Shown here piece after piece: positions 52,006 through 64,000 of a stretch of 64,000 nucleotides of DNA. A model generated the notes under the pieces. It had not been told where the DNA came from. It searched no databases and worked only from the letters and a program-made list of their open reading frames with translations. The position numbers and the translations under genes are program-made. Position 1 is the first letter of the stretch. Each line of letters begins with the position of its first letter. Source of the DNA: Octopus sinensis (Eukaryota); NCBI RefSeq assembly GCF_006345805.1, contig NC_043006.1, forward strand, positions 64,604,001 through 64,668,000, given 5' to 3'.

Positions 52006-55000
52006 TTTGTGTCTGTGTTTGTACCGCCACCATCACATGACAATCGGTACTGGTTTATTTACATGCCTGTAACTTAGCGGTTCAGCAAAAGACCGATAGA
52101 ATAAATACCAGTCTTACAAAGATAAGTATGCACTGGAGTCGATCTGTTTGACTAAACCCTTCAAAACGTGTCCCAGAATGGCTGCTGTCCAATGAGTAAA
52201 GCAAGTAAAAGATAAAAGAATTCAAAAAAGAGCAATGAAAATACATCTTCTGAGATGAAGCCCCATCCATTCAACCAGATCAGTGGTTTTCAACCAAGGT
52301 CCATATGGCTCCTGAGCGTCCACATGATAAAATAGTAAATTGAGTATCTACAGTAGTATCTTAAGGGCCCTTAAAAATGTTTGCTTTAGATGTATGTATT
52401 GCAAGAAATAGCTTGTTTTCGTTCTCTGACATTTTACATAATTCAACTTACACAAGTTAATGGATGAAAAAGAAAACAAGAGTACCGAAAGAAGTATCTC
52501 TAAAACACCGAATGGCTATGGAGGTCTACAAGAATAAGATAGTAATTAAAGGGGTCCATAGATAAAAAAAAAATGCTTGAGAACCCTTGAACTAGATACA
52601 TCATAGAAACAAGTCATTCAACAACCTGCGACCATTCAACCCCATTGATGTTTCCAGTTCTGTCAGGAAGCAATTGGTTGCTAGCATCAAGCAGCCTGCG
52701 CACCTCGCCAACAACAGCATCTCACCGATGAGTCCTTGGCACCAGAGGGCTGCCCACTCCCATTCAACACAGAATGACGCCCAAGATGCAGCAGCTCAGG
52801 AAGCTAACCGAAGTGAATTAGGTCACATGAAGTTGGCGTCACGTGATTAAAGAGTTATCCCTCGTCTTGAAGTGCATGGAATTGCGCTCTCCTCATCATG
52901 TTATACTTGTATCTGGTGATTCTGTGTCCCACACATCTAATAAATGGACTCCATTGCTTGGAACTGCTCGGTAATGGCCCTCGTCAACCTCCCGGGGTTA
53001 TTCTTGATGATGTTGTCGATTTGCTGGAAAAACATAGATGTTTAGACGACATATAACATCTGAAAATATTTTCTACTCTTGGCCACTAATGTGAAGGCGC
53101 GTGGTTTAATGAGAAGGGTGTTGCACACGTGATCCCAAGATCGTGGTTTCCATTTCCGGACCGGGCGGTGAAAATTTTTCCCCACGAGAGTTCCAGACGC
53201 CAGTTATGAACTCATTTGCGTACAGCCAATCTGAGCTCAACTATCAAACTGATTTGTGAGCGCATAACAAGTGATGGGCGATTAAGATAAGATCACTTTG
53301 CTAAGGTATGACCATGCTTCTTTTCTCTTCTAATAATGCTTGTTTTTGTTCTTGTTTCAACCATGGCTGCCTCTGCGTAGTTATTTGTATTCTTTTATTC
53401 TTTTATTTGTTTCAGTCATTTGACTGCTGCCATGCTGGAGCACCACCTTTTAGTCGAGCAAATTGACCCCAGGACTTATTTTTGTAAGCCTAGTACTTTT
53501 TCTATCGGTCTCTTTGGCCGAACCGCTAAGTTACAGGGACGTAAACACACCAACATCGGTGTCGTGTCAAGCAATGGTGGGTGACACACAGACACACACA
53601 CTGAGGTACTTTTTTGGTCATCTCACCCCCATTAAAAAAATTGGGTTATCTCTCCCTCCTTTTATGAGAAATATTGATACTTTTGGTTATCTCCCTCAAC
53701 TAAAAGAATTGTTTAACTCTCAATCCAAAGGAAAAGCAAAAGAGCCGATACAGCTTGGCACCTGTGACGTCGCAACTCATTTCCACAGCTGAGTGAACTG
53801 CAGCAATGTGAAAAAAAAGTGTTTTGCTCAAGAACACAACACACACCACGATCCGGGAATCGAACTCACTATATTATGATTTTGAGTTCGACGCACTCAC
53901 TGCTGAGCCATGCGCCTTTACATATGTATGTGAGTGTATGAATGTGTGTATGTGCATGTGACTGTGTGTGTGTGGGTATGTATGTGTGTGAGTGTCTGTG
54001 TGCGTGTGTGTGAGTGTGGGTATTATGTGTGTTTGTGTATTTATATATGTGTGTGTGTGTGCATGTGTGCGTGTGTGTGTGTGGTGTGTGTGTGTTCGGG
54101 TGTGTATGTGTTTGTTTTTGCATTTTCCCCACCACACAAGCGGTGTCGGTTTCTTTACGTCCCCGTTTCCCAGCGGATCGGCAAAATGGGCCAATAGAAT
54201 AAATGACAGTCCGAAAATGATAAATACCAGGGCCGGTTTATTCAACTAAACCCTTCAAGGCGGTGCCCCAGCATGACCACAATCCAATGACTTGTAACAA
54301 GTAAAAGATAAAAGCAAAAGAAGTTATATTCATCAAAACACTGGCACCTGTACATACCGACATAGCAAAGTTACACCAAAGCATTTCCATAGAAGTTTCT
54401 TACTTCACGGTCTGATACATGTGTTTCTAAATACGGTCAGTGACGTCATATCGTTCAAAATTCTAAAGTGTGAAATGTTTGTAGTGGAAGAGCGAATCGA
54501 ACACCTGTAATACCAACAATGGTTGACTTCAAAGAAATGTACCAATGGATCAAAAGAACCTTTAGATATAGCGGAATGGGGCATACCTTGAGATCAAGGT
54601 ATTATTCCGCTACCTGTTTCTCTGGCACAGGTACGTGCACACAGAATATACGTACACATACTCAATCACCGAAACACGTACGCCTAATGACAACTGTTTT
54701 CAGTGTTACTTGTCATCACCTCCACTACGAAGGAATATACACGCTTTTACATCAAAACATACATTAAACACTGTCTCTCTCTCTCTCCCTCCCTCTCTCT
54801 CTCCCTTCCCTGTGTGTGTGTGTGCGTGTGTAAACGAGAGAGAATGGATTGAGCAAACACACTTTATTGCATAATCCTACAATTGTTTCATCTCCACTCT
54901 ACCAGCAAAATCATGCCGAAATATTATCCTATAATATATCAACTAACTTTTTAAAGTCCTCTCTACGAATTTTCTATAGAATTTAGAACCAGCACTGGAA

Positions 55001-55071
55001 GTTACGACGTTTCGTATACGAATACGTCTATGTAAGCAATGTGATCGAAGATAGAAAAAAAATAGATAATA

Positions 55072-55116
55072 GGTGTATATACATATTTCAGGATTTCTTG
55101 CTCCCTCTTCAGTGCC
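55072..55116 (-). ncRNA. Hammerhead-like fold, damaged stem I (same family as 55631 and 62759)
   Basis: GGCA-CTGAAGA-G-GGA(GCAAGAAA)TCC-T-GAAA-TATGTATA-TA-CACC. Confidence 0.55.
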
Positions 55117-55630
55117 ACATCCAACTCATTAACCATGGCCGCAGTCGAATGACTGAAACTCTCTTTTACTCTTTTACTTGCTTTAGTCATTTGACTGCGA
55201 CCATGCTGGAGCACCGCCTTTAGTCGAACAAATCGACCCCAGGAATTATTCTTTGTAAGCCTAGTACTTATTCTATCGGTCTCTTTTGCCGAACCGCTAA
55301 GTTACGGGGACGTAAACACACCAGCATCGGTTGTCAAGCGATGTTGGGGGGACAAACACAGACACACAAACATATATACACACAAACATATACACACAAA
55401 TACATATATATACATACATATATACGACGGGCTTCTTTCAGTTTCCGTCTACCAAATCCACTCACAAGGCTTTGGTTGGCCTACCTGTGCTTCCTACCTG
55501 TGTTAGCAGTGCAAATCAATCACTTTTTAAAGTTATCTGTACGAGTTTTCTATAAAAACTAGAGCTAGCATAGGAAGTTACGAATACGTCTATGTAAGCA
55601 ATGTGATCGAAGACAGAAAAATACGTAAAG

Positions 55631-55677
55631 GGTGTATAGGTATATTTCAGGAATTCTTCAACTCATTCTTCAGCACC
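55631..55677 (-). ncRNA. Type I hammerhead fold, canonical core
   Basis: GGTG-CTGAAGA-ATGAGTT(GAAG)AATTCCT-GAAA-TATACCTA-TA-CACC. Confidence 0.65.
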
Positions 55678-55976
55678 ACAGCCAGCCCATTAACCATCGA
55701 CAAACGCACTTTGCTTAAATAGCCGCCAATCAATGTTCTTTTTTTATTCTTTTACTTATCTCACTCACTTGACTGCGGCCGTGCTGGAGCACCGCCTTTA
55801 GTCGAACAAATCGACCCTAGGACTTATTCTTTGTAAGCCTAGTACTTATTCTGTCAGTCTCTTTTGCTGAACCGCGAGGTTAGGGGAACGTAAACACACC
55901 AACATTGGTGTCGTGTCAAACGATGGTGGGGGACAAAATCAGACACACGAATACACACACACACACACACACACAC

Positions 55977-56823
55977 CTACTTTTTGGTCACCTCACTCCC
56001 ATTAAAAAAATTGGTTTAACTCCTCTCCCCTTTTATGAGAAATATTGGTACTTTTGGTTATCTCCCTCAACTAAAAAAATTGTTTAACCCTCAATAAAAG
56101 AAAAAAAAAAGAAAATTAATAAATATGAAAAATGAAAAGATGAAACCTCGTATTGAATCTCTTTACTCTCTTTTACTCTTTTACTCTTTTACTTGTTTCA
56201 GTCATTTGACTGCGGCCATGCTGGAGCACCGCCTTTAGTCGAGCAAATCGACCCCGGGACTTATTCTCCGCAAGCCCAGTACTTATTCTATCGGTCTCCT
56301 TTGCCGAACCGCTAAGTGACGGGGTCGTAAACACACCAAGCAATGCTAGGGGGACAAACACACACACATACACACACATATATATATATACATATATACG
56401 ACAGGCTTCTTTCAGTTTCCGTCTACCAAATCTACTCACAAGGCATTGGTCGGCCCGGGGCTATAGCAGAAGACACTTGCCCAAGATGCCACACCATGTG
56501 GTTGGTTAGCAAGCTACTTACCACACAGCCACTCCTGCGCCTATGATAATATTTTTATAACAAATCATATAAAACTGCAAAAAATTAATAAGCATGGAAA
56601 CTGAAAAAATTAAACATCTTACTGAATCTGATAATATTTTAATGACAAATCATACCATTCCTATTGAGGAGACCAAACGTCAACAATGTGTTGAAGTATT
56701 AAATCAAAAAGATCTCTTTTAATCCAATCTCTTGTCGCCACATTAACTTGATTTTTTAGTGGGGAGATAACCCAATTTTTTAATGGCAATTTTTTAAGGG
56801 GGGTGACATAACCAAAAAGTACC
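55977..56823. mobile_element. MITE nested in a group A SINE and itself carrying a group A SINE (56163-56542)
   Basis: TIRs TACTTTTTGGTCACCTCAC and GTGACATAACCAAAAAGTACC. The host SINE resumes at 56824. Confidence 0.8.
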
Positions 56824-57235
56824 CCCCACACATACACACACTTATATACGACAATCTTCCTTCAGTTTCCATCAATCAAATCCACTCACAAGGCTCTGAT
56901 CGGCCCGAGGCTATAGTAGAAGACATTTTCCCAAGGTGCCACGCAGTGGGTCTGAACCTGGAACCATGCAGGCGGGAAGCAAGTTTCTTATTTCTTTATT
57001 GCACACAAGGGGCTAAACATAGAGGGAACAAATAAGGACAGACAAAGAGTTTAAGTCGATTACATCGACCCCAGGGCGTAACTGGTACTTAATTTATCGA
57101 CCCCGAAAGGATGAAAGTTAAAGTCGAGCTCGGCGGAATTTGAACACAGAACGTAACGGCAGACGAAATACCGCTAAGCATTTCGCCCGGCATGCTAACG
57201 TTTCTGCCAGCTCGCAGCCTTTTTACCACACAGCT

Positions 57236-57308
57236 ACTCCTGCGCCTGTAAAGCCGCTCCTGCGCCTGTAAAGTCATTCCTGCGCCTGTAGCCACCCCTA
57301 CGCCTGTA
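57236..57308. repeat. Four tandem copies of an 18-21-bp unit from the SINE A 5' end
   Basis: Variants of CTCCTGCGCCTGTA(AAG). Confidence 0.85.
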
Positions 57309-58081
57309 TACGTACAAGTTGTCAGGAATGTGTTTAAAATGTAAAATTTAGAAAGTGATTGATTAAGCACTACTAACACATGTGGAACACATTGGCTTAC
57401 AAATCTTTCACATACTTTGTAGTATATTGTGGTTACATAACGAAATACAGCATCCTTACCGCCAATTAATATAGAAAATATATTAAATAATTCATCGCAT
57501 CAGTATTATTTCAGCAAGTTTAGTAGGTGAAGACACTTCACGTATGAATAGAATGAAACTGCTAAATTAAACTGTATTCTATGGAATATATAACTCATGT
57601 TGATTCTATTGCAATAATTTCATTAGCTTATCACATTTAAAATAAAAGCAAACGCCATTAGATCGTAAACCACAAGTACAGTTCAGCCGGTCAAGAAAAC
57701 GGGTGAATGCAGAAAACCAATAATAAAAAGGAGAATAACCAAAAAGCTAGATACATACATAAATAAACAGATAAAACATATAATTTAACTTGTTTTATGA
57801 CTGCATAGTTGATATCCCTTAATAGCCAGTATTCCCAGAGGTCAGTAGGCCGTTTGTTCAGAACAGTCCAGTATCCTCTTTACCCATAGCTGTCCACTAC
57901 GACAAATTGATTTATAACTTATCTGCTATTTTATTACCAACCTATTTAGTATATTAGCACGAGGTGCATGTATTGGAGAAATATACCATTCAATAAAACT
58001 AGTAAAATAGAATGATGGGTGAAGATGAAAGAGGGAATTAGAACCATTTTTCTATCCTTACTATTAATACATATATTATAT

Positions 58082-58138
<57 letters not shown>

Positions 58139-58358
58139 TCTTTACTCTTTTACTCTTTTACTTGATTCAGTCCTTTGATTGCGGCCATGCTGGAGCACCG
58201 CCTTTAGTCGAGCAAATCGACCCCGGGACTCATTCTTTGTAAGCCCAGTACTTATTCTATCGGTCTCTTGTGCCGAACCGCTAAGTGACGGTGACGTAAA
58301 CACACCATCATCGGTTGTCAAGCAATGCTAGGTGGACAAACACAGACACACAAACATG

Positions 58359-58396
<38 letters not shown>

Positions 58397-58735
58397 CATA
58401 CATACGACGGGCTTCTTTCAGTTTCCGTCTACCAAATCCACTCACAAGGCTTTGGTCGGCCCGATGCTATAGTAGACACTTGCCCAAGATGCCACGCAGT
58501 GGAACTGAACTCGGAACCATGTGGTTGGTAAGCAAGCTACTTACCACACAGTCATGTGTGTGGGTGTGTGGTGTGTGTGTGTGTTGAATGCTCGAAATGA
58601 GGAGTATATAGACACCCGACAACTGATGAAGGGTCATTTCTCTGTGTTTACTTGTCCTGTTTTCTATTTTTTCTTTCGTTTGTTTACGTATTTCATGTTG
58701 TTTGCACAGTCGGTGACGTCCTGTACCCACATATG

Positions 58736-58777
<42 letters not shown>

Positions 58778-59309
58778 CACACACACACACATACAAACAT
58801 ACATACATACATATTATTTAATATCATATATATATATACATATAAGTGTGTGTGTGGTAAAAAGTTTGCAACCCGACCACATGTTTCCGGGTTTAGTCCC
58901 ACTGCGTGGTACCTTAGGCAAGTGTTTTCTACTACTGCCTTGGGCTGACCAAAGCCTTGTGAGTGGATTTAGTAGATGAACCTGAAAGAAGTCCATCGTG
59001 TGTGTGTGTGTGTGTGGTGTTGTGCGCGCGCGATAAATGGGCGCTCTTTCACGCATATCCACTCATATATTGAGGTCGTGCTGACTGGGTAGGTAAGGTA
59101 AGCACTGACCACAACAACTAAAACCTAAAAATCATTAAATCTTTAAGTAGATGATTATCAATTCATTAAAGAAATACTAATTTTATGCATGAAATCCAAG
59201 TTGCAATCTCAAAGATATTGTTTTGTTCTTAGACACAATTCCTTATGTCTTTCAAACTGAAAACATTATATGGTATGTTTACACACGTAACCTTAGACCC
59301 ACTTTAATC

Positions 59310-59470
59310 AAAAGGAGTGATTCTTATGGAACTCACTGAGCCATATAAGATCGCAGTATGGAGGAAGCCTACATCTAAAAGAGGGGAAAATATGATAGTT
59401 TAGCCATCTGACTTCCAAACTAAAGTCCTTGCCATAAGGATTGGTACGAGAGGAATAATTAGTGAGAAAA
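59310..59470 (+). mobile_element. Degenerate restriction-like endonuclease of a HERO/NeSL-type non-LTR element
   Basis: Reads VILMELTEPY, MEEAYI*KRGKYDSL and KVLAIRIGTRG (compare ELTVPWEE.MEEAHERK..KY...VEVGCRG). Confidence 0.55.
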
Positions 59471-61422
59471 TTCGACTATGATCTCATGAAGTGGCTCTCA
59501 TTTTGAGGGGGAACAGAGAACTAGAATTCTGAAAACAATGAATGGTAGAAGCTGCTGAGTTGGGTTCCATCTGGATCTGATCAAGGACGAATGAGAGTAA
59601 ATTTCAAAGGGCTTAATTTGTCCTACATTCAACAGTTGCCCTTGTCTGAACTGGTTACAATACACAAGGTATTTTGAACCCAGGGTACCTTCACCATCCA
59701 GGAGTGTTGCGATGCAGACAGTAGCACAATGTGACACCAGAGGGGTAACCAGGAATCTGACCTGGATGCGGCCCGCCCGCTTTGAGTGTAATGAGTTAAG
59801 GGCCGAAACACTTGCATGAAATGGGGAGGCTTCTCCTAATATACCGAAAATAAGGCGGCGAGCTGGCAGAATCGTTAGCATGCCGGGCGAAATGCTTAGT
59901 GGTATTTCGTCTATCTTTACATTCTAAGTTCAAATTCCACTGAGGTCAACTTTACCTTTCATCCTTTTGGGGTCGATCAAATAGTGCTAATTAAGTATCA
60001 GGGCCTGTGTCAAAATTTGAAACCATAATATATACACTTTTTCTACTCTAGGCACAAGGCCCGAAATTTTTTTTTTTTTTTTTTTGGTGGAGGAAGTTGG
60101 GGGCCAGTCCATTAAATCGACTCCAGTGCGCAACTGGTACATAATTTATCGACTCCGAAAGGATGGAAGGCAAAGCTGACCTTGGCGGAATTTGAACTCA
60201 GAACATAAAGACAGACGAAAGGCCGCTAAGCATTTCGCCCGGCGTGCTAACGTTTCATCCAGCAAAAAAAAAAACAACAAGCAAACAAACAAACAAAAAA
60301 AGAACAAAAACACACATACTTCATTCTGCCTGTTCTTTTGCAGTCATTACAATTTGTAAGTGGTATTACTATACAAGACTTTTCTAAAGTTCAGGTTTCG
60401 TGAGTATTTTATGATATAAAATACAGTGAAAGGTTCATTGATACTTCAGCAAGTGCTGTTTTTCATTCACAGTATCCAAAAACCATTCTTCTCAATAGGC
60501 AGGTTTGGTGAGGTCACCGGTTTAGTTGCCGACGGCCCGAACGTGTACAGCTTGTATTGAGTTACATGATTACCAGTAGTAGGTTAGGCTATTATCTCTG
60601 ACCTGACATGCATATATAAAAGTTACGCATACATTACAAACATGTACACACACAATCATACATTCATATATGCATGCATATATACATACGTGTATATAAC
60701 TATACATACATGCATCCATCCATACATACACAAATATATACAACATACATGCATACTCTTTTACTCTTTTACTTGTTTCAGTCATTTGACTGCGGCCATG
60801 CTGGAGCACCGCCTTTAATCGAGCAACTCGACCCCGGGACTTATTCTTTTGTAAGCTCAGTACTTATTCTATCGGTCTCTTATGCCGAACCGCTAAGTGA
60901 CGGGGACATAAACACACCAGCATCGGTTGTCAAGCAATGCTAGGGGGACAAACACAGACACACAAACATACACACGCATATATTATATACATATATACGA
61001 CGGGCTTCTTTCAGTTTCCATCTACCAAATCCACTCACAAGGCTTTGGTCGACGGCAATGCATACATACATACATGTATAAGTACAAACATACATACTTA
61101 CATAAATGCATACATACATTCATATATGTAATGCATACATATACACGTACGTATGTTTATATACTTACATACACATACACACGTGCAAACGTATTCGAAT
61201 CTATTGAAAGCCGCAGTAGTAGTCACATGTGTGTGTGTGTGTTTAGGTGTGTGTGTGTGTGTAAGAGGGCGAGGGAGAAACGGTGGGAGGGAGGAAGGTA
61301 GGTTTGAAGGAAGAAGGAAGGAAGCAAAAGAAAAAGAGAATGAATTATGTACGCAGTCACCCTTCGAAATTACGCTGCTCTTATAAACACACACACGCAC
61401 GCACACGCACACACACATACAC

Positions 61423-61492
<70 letters not shown>

Positions 61493-61613
61493 AGTGCTCT
61501 TTATCTACTTTTAATACATGTACACGATACGGACTTATTAGCAGAAACAATTGGTGTATTCAGACACGCATGCGATAGAGAGGCAGATACATACATACAT
61601 TAATACATACTTA

Positions 61614-61772
<159 letters not shown>

Positions 61773-61994
61773 TTATGAGGTACTTTTGGTGAAGTATCGT
61801 GTGATGTAACTTTTCTTTTGCTTTTCCTCTTGTAGTCTCTATGTGCCATCTCAATGTTCCGGTTTTACCCAAATCTCTTTAATATATGTGTGTGTGTGTG
61901 AGCGTTGCTTATGTGTACACACACACACACACATCGTCCGTAAACATAAATCCGAGAAAAGAAGCACACTATGTAATGGAGCACTATATCTTAT

Positions 61995-62166
61995 GGGGCT
62001 ACCTTAGGTTTCACACCTATAAAGGGATTAGCTTTATGGCGTAACATCAGATCCCAGAACCAGTTGGCTAAAGGCCTCTCTAGCGAAGCGAGCCAACGGA
62101 TTTTGGGATCTTATGATACGCCATACAGCTAAGCCCTTTACGGATGTGAAACCTAATGTAATCCCC
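61995..62166. mobile_element. Hairpin/MITE-like inverted repeat (about 80-bp imperfect arms)
   Basis: TTAGGTTTCACA..TAAAGGGATTAGCT.TATGGCGTA.CAT.AGATCCCA pairs with TGGGATCT.ATGATACGCCATA.AGCTAAGCCCTTTA..TGTGAAACCTAA. Confidence 0.85.
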
Positions 62167-62264
62167 CAAACCGGCCCTCTCTAACTTTAATATATACATA
62201 CATGCATACATACATACATACATACATACATACATACATACATACATACATACATACATAACAT

Positions 62265-62328
<64 letters not shown>

Positions 62329-62758
62329 GGGGGGAGAATTCACACATAATTGCTTGTTTTTAAGGTTATCTCTACAGATATTCTATAGAACTTAACATCC
62401 AGCACTAATTTTTGCTACAACGTTTCGTATTGAGAATTAGTAAAAAAGTAAGTCCTGCGGTCGGTTTCTTCGACAAAACACCCTTTAAGGTCGTGCTCCA
62501 GCATGGCCGCAGTCAAATGAATGAAACCAGTAAAAGAAGAACAGGAAATAAGTAAATAAATAAAAGAATAAATGAAATTTATCTTGTTATGCAAATACAA
62601 CATACTATAAAGTATACTAAATGTTTTCATAAGTCAGTACCACGTTCTGTTTACATCTGACGTCTTAATACGAAACATTGGTTTATCCAATATCTTAATA
62701 TTGCTGTATGTGGTGGCTATATAAGCAATGTGTTCGGAGGAGGCAATAGTGGGTTAGA

Positions 62759-62808
62759 TGAGTGCTGAAGAAAGGGTAATAAACCCTGAAACATGGCATA
62801 TACACTCA
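62759..62808 (+). ncRNA. Type I hammerhead at the apex of a long hairpin
   Basis: TGAGTG-CTGAAGA-A-AGGGT(AATAA)ACCCT-GAAA-CATGGCATA-TA-CACTCA. The stem extends out to 62723/62839. Confidence 0.72.
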
Positions 62809-63086
62809 TTACCCACTTCTGTCTCCGATCTCATTGTTTGTTTACATCTGACTTCTCGATACGAAACGTTGTCGCAAGAATCAGTACTGGCTATAATTTT
62901 TGTAGTATATCTGTAGAAATAACTTTAAAAGTAGTGTAACAAGCACGGCTGACGCAGTAGGACGTGGTACTGACTTTAGTATACTTCATTGTATAGTGTA
63001 TTTGCATAACGGAGTGCCACGTACCTACAAACTTTTAATCACTGCTTGTGTATGAGTGTTTGCATGTGTTTGTTTGTTTGTTTGTT

Positions 63087-63127
<41 letters not shown>

Positions 63128-64000
63128 TGTGTGTGTGTATGTGTGTGTGTGTATGGATTAATAAAGATACGTCTATACTCGTTTATCACGGTTGTTTGGT
63201 TAAAAAAATAATACACCGTGTTAAGTAACTCAGCGCTAAACGAATAATAAATCATATGGGAATATTTTCCCATATGATTTTGTTCTGCAAGTCCCCGAGT
63301 TTTCTTGAGCATTGTGGATGGTCGCTGGGGAGCTCTTTGGCAGTATTCTTGTAAAATTAAGGGTTTCTCAACCATTTTTTGTCTATGGTCCCATTTGATT
63401 CCTGTTTTATTCGATGGACCCTCATCGATATTTAAAAATTCTGTTGTGTGTTTATAGATAAACATCATTAGAAATTGTATTAAAAAAATTGTCAAGATAT
63501 TTTGTCTATTGTAGATGTATAACCAATTTATTGCGGATAAATTTTATCAACAAAATCTTATATGGACGCCCAAGGGCAATATGGCCGCCGAAGGCGGTAT
63601 GGATCCCGGTTGAGAATCACTGTAATAGTTGCTCCTCATCCGTCTTTCTGTTCTTTTATCGTTTTATCCTGTTACGTGTTTTGGTCATTAGACTGCGGCC
63701 AAGCTGAGGCACCTCTAAAAGAAATTTAGTCGAATGCACAGACCTATTACTTTTTATAAACCAGATACTTATTCTATCGCTGTCTTTTGCGATACACACC
63801 AACGAATACAGAACGTATACACACCAACACAAGCTGTCAAGCAATGGTGGGGTACAAACACACTCACATACACACACACACACAAATAATAATTGTTGAG
63901 AGGTTTCTCTCAGCACAAAACCAATGGTAGCCTTCTTAAGCTACAAATAAAGAGTATTTAACCAGCAATGCGGTGTTGAGCACTCATTCTCACTGTTTAA

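Overview
AT-rich, microsatellite-dense eukaryotic DNA with no intact protein-coding gene. The tRNA-derived SINE families and repeat landscape look like an octopus (coleoid cephalopod) intergenic or intronic region; this is inferred from recalled repeat families, not from a search. The window is a mosaic of three SINE groups, decayed DNA transposons (mariner, Merlin, Tigger/pogo, hAT-like, two Helitrons, several MITEs) and 5'-truncated non-LTR retroelements (R4/Dong in (TAA)n, RTE, HERO-like, a Penelope GIY-YIG tail). Nearly all supplied ORFs are microsatellite or SINE read-through. The main result is a set of short non-coding elements from several unrelated sequence families that carry minimal type I hammerhead ribozyme folds. 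Six end in (TA)n about 95-260 nt downstream of the ribozyme, and four of these form fold-back inverted repeats, three with the axis at or beside the ribozyme. Two have compensatory swaps of the catalytic C3-G8 pair (G3-C8 and U3-A8). This suggests a (TA)n-targeted, Penelope-associated or retrozyme-like system. All folds were identified by eye and are untested.
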